From NCBI GenBank assembly GCA_938092135.1, contig CALLJL010000017.1, positions 62,259 through 126,258 on the forward strand: DNA of 64,000 nt, written 5' to 3'. Numbering within the stretch: the first letter of the stretch is position 1; each line of letters begins with the position of its first letter. The stretch is from an uncultured bacterium. Lineage in GTDB: Bacteria > Acidobacteriota > Aminicenantia > Aminicenantales > CALLJL01. The translations under genes were made by a program, and so were the position numbers. The notes under the pieces are model-generated. The model was not told where the DNA came from, did no database searches, and saw nothing but the letters and a program-made list of their open reading frames with translations. Below are positions 59,848-64,000 of the stretch, one piece after another.

Positions 59848-61796
59848 AGCGGACCGGCGTCTTTGTCTGTCATTGCGGAATAAATATTGCCGGCACGGTT
59901 GATGTAAAAAAAGTAGCCGCTGAATTGGCCAAGCACCCCGGAGTAGTTCATGCTGAAGACTATGTTTATATGTGCTCTGACCCCGGCCAGAACTTGATCA
60001 TTCAGGCTATAAAAGAGAAAAAACTGGACTCAGTGGTCGTGGCTTGCTGCTCCCCGACCCTTCATGAAACCACTTTTCGGAATGCAACTAAAAAAGCTGG
60101 TTTAAATCCCTATCGATGTGAAATAGCCAATATTCGAGAGCAATGTAGCTGGGTCCATCGGGAAAAAAGCAAAGCCACACAAAAAGCTATCAGCATAACT
60201 CGTGGTGTGGTCGAAAAAGTTAGAAGGAATGAATCTCTTGAAGATGTCAGCGTTCCGGTAACTAAGAGGGCCTTGGTAATCGGCGGAGGTATTGCCGGTA
60301 TTCAGGCTTCCTTAGACATCGCCGATGCTGGCTATGAAGTTATCCTGGTTGAAAAATCGCCTTCCATCGGCGGTCATATGAGCCAACTTTCGGAAACCTT
60401 CCCTACCCTTGACTGTTCCCAATGCATTCTAACCCCGAAAATGGTGGAAGTCTCAAAACATCCCCGAATCAAATTAATGACTTACAGTGAAGTTCAAGAA
60501 GTTTCTGGTTATGTTGGCAATTTCAAGGTTAAAATTCTAAAAAAGCCCACCTATGTGGATCCCGATAAATGCACTCTTTGCGACGAATGTACCAAGGTTT
60601 GCCCCATTGTTGTTCCTAATGAATTTGATATGGGCCTAACAGGAAGAAGGGCTATTTATATTCCCTTCCCTCAGGCTATTCCTGCCTCTTACACCATTGA
60701 TGAAAAAGCCTGTCCAGGGATGTTTGATACAGCTATTGCCTGTGGCAAATGTGCCGATGTCTGTAAGCCTGGGGCCATTAACTTTGATATGAAGCCAGAG
60801 ATTGTTGAGGTTGATGTGGGGGCTATCGTTGTGGCCACAGGCTATGACCTTTACGATAAATCAATGATGGCTGAATATGGTTACGGCCAATACCCCGATG
60901 TGCTCGATGGGCTCCAGTTCGAACGTCTGCTTTCGGCATCCGGTCCCACCGGAGGCAGAATTCTGAGGCCTTCCGATAAGAAAGAACCAAAAGAAGTGGT
61001 TTTTATTCAGTGTGTAGGTTCCCGTGATCCTGAACTCCATTGGCCTTATTGCTCAAAAATCTGCTGCATGTACACGGCCAAACACGCTATGCTTTACAAA
61101 CATCATGTTCACGATGGCCAGGCCTATGTTTTTTATATAGATATCCGCTCAGGGGGCAAAAACTATGAGGAATTTGTTCACCGAGCGGTCGAAGAGGACG
61201 GAGTTCTCTACCTTCGGGGAAAGGTATCCCGAGTCTTTGAAGACAATGGAAAACTCATCGTCTGGGGGGTAGATACGCTTACGGGTAAACAAATCGAAAT
61301 TGCTGCCGATATGGTTGTTCTCGCCATGGCCATTCGACCTTCCAAAGGAATGGATGAACTAGCCAAGAAGCTCAAAATTGCCCTTGATAAGGATGGCTTT
61401 TTAGCCGAAGCCCATCCCAAGTTAAGGCCCGTCGAAAGTATGACCTCAGGAATATTTTTGGCCGGTGCAGCTCAGGCTCCCAAGGATATACCTGAGGCAG
61501 TTGGTCAGGCTTCCGGGGCAGCGGCCAAAGCTATGGCCATTTTATCCAGGGACAGGCTTTTCCATTCCCCCACTGTGGCCCGGGTAATTCGCAATCTATG
61601 CACAGGCTGTGGTATGTGTGTTAGCGTTTGTCCCTTTGAAGCTATTTCCTTAAAAGAAGGCAAAGCTGAGGTTAATGAAATCCTCTGTGAAGGATGCGGA
61701 ACCTGCTCGGCCTCCTGTCTGCGTAATGCCATCCAGGTTAAGAATCTTACTCCTCATCATATCCAAGAAATGATTAAAGCTTGTCTTGGAGGCTAA
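59844..61796 (+). CDS. hdrA: Heterodisulfide reductase subunit A (FAD and Fe-S clusters)
   Basis: FAD motif VIGGGIAGIQASLDIADAGYEVILVEK and four ferredoxin-like CxxCxxCxxxC(P) motifs. Confidence 0.9.
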   Translation: MKRTGVFVCHCGINIAGTVDVKKVAAELAKHPGVVHAEDYVYMCSDPGQNLIIQAIKEKKLDSVVVACCSPTLHETTFRNATKKAGLNPYRCEIANIREQCSWVHREKSKATQKAISITRGVVEKVRRNESLEDVSVPVTKRALVIGGGIAGIQASLDIADAGYEVILVEKSPSIGGHMSQLSETFPTLDCSQCILTPKMVEVSKHPRIKLMTYSEVQEVSGYVGNFKVKILKKPTYVDPDKCTLCDECTKVCPIVVPNEFDMGLTGRRAIYIPFPQAIPASYTIDEKACPGMFDTAIACGKCADVCKPGAINFDMKPEIVEVDVGAIVVATGYDLYDKSMMAEYGYGQYPDVLDGLQFERLLSASGPTGGRILRPSDKKEPKEVVFIQCVGSRDPELHWPYCSKICCMYTAKHAMLYKHHVHDGQAYVFYIDIRSGGKNYEEFVHRAVEEDGVLYLRGKVSRVFEDNGKLIVWGVDTLTGKQIEIAADMVVLAMAIRPSKGMDELAKKLKIALDKDGFLAEAHPKLRPVESMTSGIFLAGAAQAPKDIPEAVGQASGAAAKAMAILSRDRLFHSPTVARVIRNLCTGCGMCVSVCPFEAISLKEGKAEVNEILCEGCGTCSASCLRNAIQVKNLTPHHIQEMIKACLGG

Positions 61797-61798
61797 AA

Positions 61799-62221
61799 AT
61801 GGCCGCCGAATTTGAACCCAGAATAGTTGCTTTTCTGTGTAAATGGTGCTCTTCAGCTGGTGCTGATTTGGCTGGAGTAAGCCGAATGGAATATCCCCCC
61901 AATGTTATCCCTATTCAGGTCATGTGTTCTGGCAGTGTCTCTCCCCTTTATGTTTTTTCAGCCCTGAGCCATGGAGCTGATGGCGTCTTGGTTTCCGGAT
62001 GTCACCCCGGTGATTGTCATTACATAAAAGGAAACTATTATGCCCGTCGCCGTTTAGCTTTGGTTAAAAAACTTCTGGAATATATTGGTTTAGAACCCCA
62101 GAGATTTCAGATGTCCTGGGTCTCAGCGACGGAAGGAGTTAAATTTAGCCAGTTAATATATGATTTGGTTAAAGAACTTAAACCTCTTGGACCTCAAACT
62201 AAATTCAGGAGAAATTACTAA
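61799..62221 (+). CDS. mvhD: MvhD/FlxD-like [2Fe-2S] protein
   Basis: FLCKWCSSAGADLAG...MCSG...GCHPGDCHY. ATG at 61799 with a GGAGG RBS. Confidence 0.85.
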   Translation: MAAEFEPRIVAFLCKWCSSAGADLAGVSRMEYPPNVIPIQVMCSGSVSPLYVFSALSHGADGVLVSGCHPGDCHYIKGNYYARRRLALVKKLLEYIGLEPQRFQMSWVSATEGVKFSQLIYDLVKELKPLGPQTKFRRNY

Positions 62222-63252
62222 TGGTCAGCCTCGATCAATTAAAAGAAGAGGTAAAGAAGGCGCTCAGTTCGGGAAAAGTAAAATATTTTATCGGCTATGA
62301 AAATATTGGTTCTGGCTGGCAGGTTCGACCAGCCTTTATTCGCCAGCCCGAGGATGTTGATCGTTTGGTGTGGACGCCGGCTTGCTTCCACAATCTTGTT
62401 CGTTTTCTTCATGACGAGAAGAGACGCCGGGCTCGAGAGAAAAATCCTGACATCCGGCCCGTGGGTTTAGTCGTCAAAGGATGCGATTCAAGATCTATCA
62501 ATGTTCTCCTTCAGGAAAAATACATTGAAAGAAACGATGTTTATATTATCGGAGTTTCCTGTGAATTAACCGGCGTGATCAATATCACCAAGCTCAATCA
62601 ACATCTTAATGGTCTCAAACCTCAGAAAGTTCTTTTCGGATCAAAGGGAACATTTAAGGTTATCGTTGATGACAGAGAAATAGAAATTGAAGCTCCGGAC
62701 ATTTTAGCTGATCGCTGTCTTGAATGCCCGGCTAATTTTCCGGTGATCGCTGATGTTATTTTAGGTGAAGAAATTAAGAGAAATCCTGGCAATCGCTACC
62801 AATCAATATCAGCTTATGAAAAAATGGCCCTTGACGAAAGATGGTCCTTCTGGCAGCAACAATTTAGCCGATGTTTGCGCTGCTATGCTTGCCGTTCTGT
62901 TTGCCCGATGTGTTATTGTGATGAATGCGTTGCCGATAGCATCGCCTATGCGGTCACGGCCGAGACCACTGCTGACGAAAAAGCCCAAAAAACAAGATGG
63001 GTCGAAAGAAATCCTGAGCTTTCTGAAAATATTTTTTATCATCTTGTAAGGGCTATTCATTTAGCCGGGCGATGCGTCGATTGTGGTGAATGCGAACGAG
63101 TTTGTCCAGTCGAAATTCCCCTCCGCTTATTAAATAAAAAAATGGAAAAGGAGGCCAAAGAGCTCTTTGGCTATGAGGTTGGTTTTGATCCTGCCCAACC
63201 TCCTCTAATTGCCTGTTTTCGCGATAATGATCCTCAAGATTTTATCAGGTGA
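62221..63252 (+). CDS. Fe-S oxidoreductase, FlxC/FrhB/HydB-like
   Basis: VKGCDSRS plus C-terminal CxxCxxCxxxCP-type clusters (CLRCYACRSVCP, CVDCGECERVCP). Confidence 0.55.
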   Translation: MVSLDQLKEEVKKALSSGKVKYFIGYENIGSGWQVRPAFIRQPEDVDRLVWTPACFHNLVRFLHDEKRRRAREKNPDIRPVGLVVKGCDSRSINVLLQEKYIERNDVYIIGVSCELTGVINITKLNQHLNGLKPQKVLFGSKGTFKVIVDDREIEIEAPDILADRCLECPANFPVIADVILGEEIKRNPGNRYQSISAYEKMALDERWSFWQQQFSRCLRCYACRSVCPMCYCDECVADSIAYAVTAETTADEKAQKTRWVERNPELSENIFYHLVRAIHLAGRCVDCGECERVCPVEIPLRLLNKKMEKEAKELFGYEVGFDPAQPPLIACFRDNDPQDFIR

Positions 63253-63255
63253 AAA

Positions 63256-64000
63256 ATGATGGAGAAAACAATCCTCAAATCATCCTTTCCTCAATGGATT
63301 AAATCCCTCCAATCATTTAAGGTTTTTATTCCCAAAAGAGAAAATTTTGGCTGGGAACTGAGCTCGAACAATCAAATTCTAGAAATTGCATCTGATTATA
63401 CTTATCCTGTAGTTCCACCTAAAAAATTAATTTTTCCCCAGGAAGAAATCTTTTTCGAATTTGAACAAAATCCCGATAATGGAATAGAGCTCAAAGAAGT
63501 TTTACCTGAAGAATCGCCTCAGGTAATTTTTGGCGTCAGACCCTGTGACGGTCGAGCAGTTGAGGCTATGGACCTCGTTTTCGGTGGCTCCTTTGAAGAT
63601 CTTTATTATTGGCGAAGACGCCGCCAGACCACTCTCGTTGGCCTCGCCTGCCATCAGCCGCCTTCTGAAAACTGTTTCTGTCTTTCTGTTGAAGGAAGTC
63701 CCTATTCAGAAGATGGTTTGGACATTCTTTTAACCGATCTTGGTGACCGCTATTTCGTTAAAGCCTTGACCGAAAAAGGGGAAAAATTGCTGAGCGAGGC
63801 GCCTTCTCTTTTTAAAGAGATTACCCCTAAAGATAGGGAGGAAAAAGAAAGGGTTCATCTTGAAGCCCAGGGTAAAATAAAGCGTCACCTTAATGGGGCT
63901 AGAGAATTGCCTGAAAAGATAAAGGCTATCTTTGATTCCAATTTCTGGGACGAAGAATCATCGAACTGCCTTCGCTGTGGCATCTGCACATATCTCTGCC
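63256..64000 (+). CDS. Fe-S oxidoreductase, FlxB/HydB/AsrA-like, 3' partial (runs off the right edge)
   Basis: ATG at 63256 with an uninterrupted ORF to the window end (translated by hand; not in the supplied ORF track). Has VIFGVRPCDGRA and a downstream CLRCGICTYLC cluster motif. Confidence 0.55.
   Translation, partial: MMEKTILKSSFPQWIKSLQSFKVFIPKRENFGWELSSNNQILEIASDYTYPVVPPKKLIFPQEEIFFEFEQNPDNGIELKEVLPEESPQVIFGVRPCDGRAVEAMDLVFGGSFEDLYYWRRRRQTTLVGLACHQPPSENCFCLSVEGSPYSEDGLDILLTDLGDRYFVKALTEKGEKLLSEAPSLFKEITPKDREEKERVHLEAQGKIKRHLNGARELPEKIKAIFDSNFWDEESSNCLRCGICTYLC

Overview
This 64-kb window reads as bacterial. It has roughly 40% GC by eye, dense overlapping operons, and both TGA and TAG in use as stop codons. 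The LPS and lipoprotein genes kdtA, lpxB and lnt suggest a diderm, and the Hdr/Kor genes suggest an anaerobe.

The left ~9 kb is a defense island built on a Type I restriction-modification (R-M) operon, hsdM-hsdS-hsdR on the minus strand. Extra genes are embedded in it. Between hsdM and hsdS sit a DUF3800-like gene and a small PD-(D/E)xK-like gene. A HEPN/minimal-nucleotidyltransferase (MNT) toxin-antitoxin pair sits between hsdS and hsdR, and a DUF45/YgjP-like HExxH metallohydrolase overlaps the 3' end of hsdR. hsdM itself is interrupted by an in-frame TAG.

The middle is mostly housekeeping. It includes a 4-gene ABC exporter, M23 peptidase, D-aminoacylase-like amidohydrolase, PAP2 phosphatase, kdtA, rpsO-pnp, three pilin-like genes, lpxB and a YitJ-like homocysteine methyltransferase-MTHFR fusion. 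It also holds pcm, archaeal-type proS, coaE, HU, NfeD-stomatin, a SPOR-domain protein, lnt, prfB with its programmed +1 frameshift, mazG, ribF, pyrR-pyrB-pyrC, rnc, an AI-2E transporter, and a radical SAM enzyme of the AmmeMemoRadiSam type.

The right ~8.5 kb is one translationally coupled operon: hdrC-hdrB-korD-korA-korB-korC-hdrA-mvhD plus two FlxC/FlxB-like Fe-S proteins, running off the window. A complete 2-oxoacid:ferredoxin oxidoreductase is therefore inserted inside a heterodisulfide-reductase bifurcation module.

Two further stand-outs are an apparently circularly permuted cofactor-independent phosphoglycerate mutase (15153..16832) and a PilZ / pseudo-receiver LuxR regulator / PilZ trio. 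No rRNA, tRNA or CRISPR was recognised.
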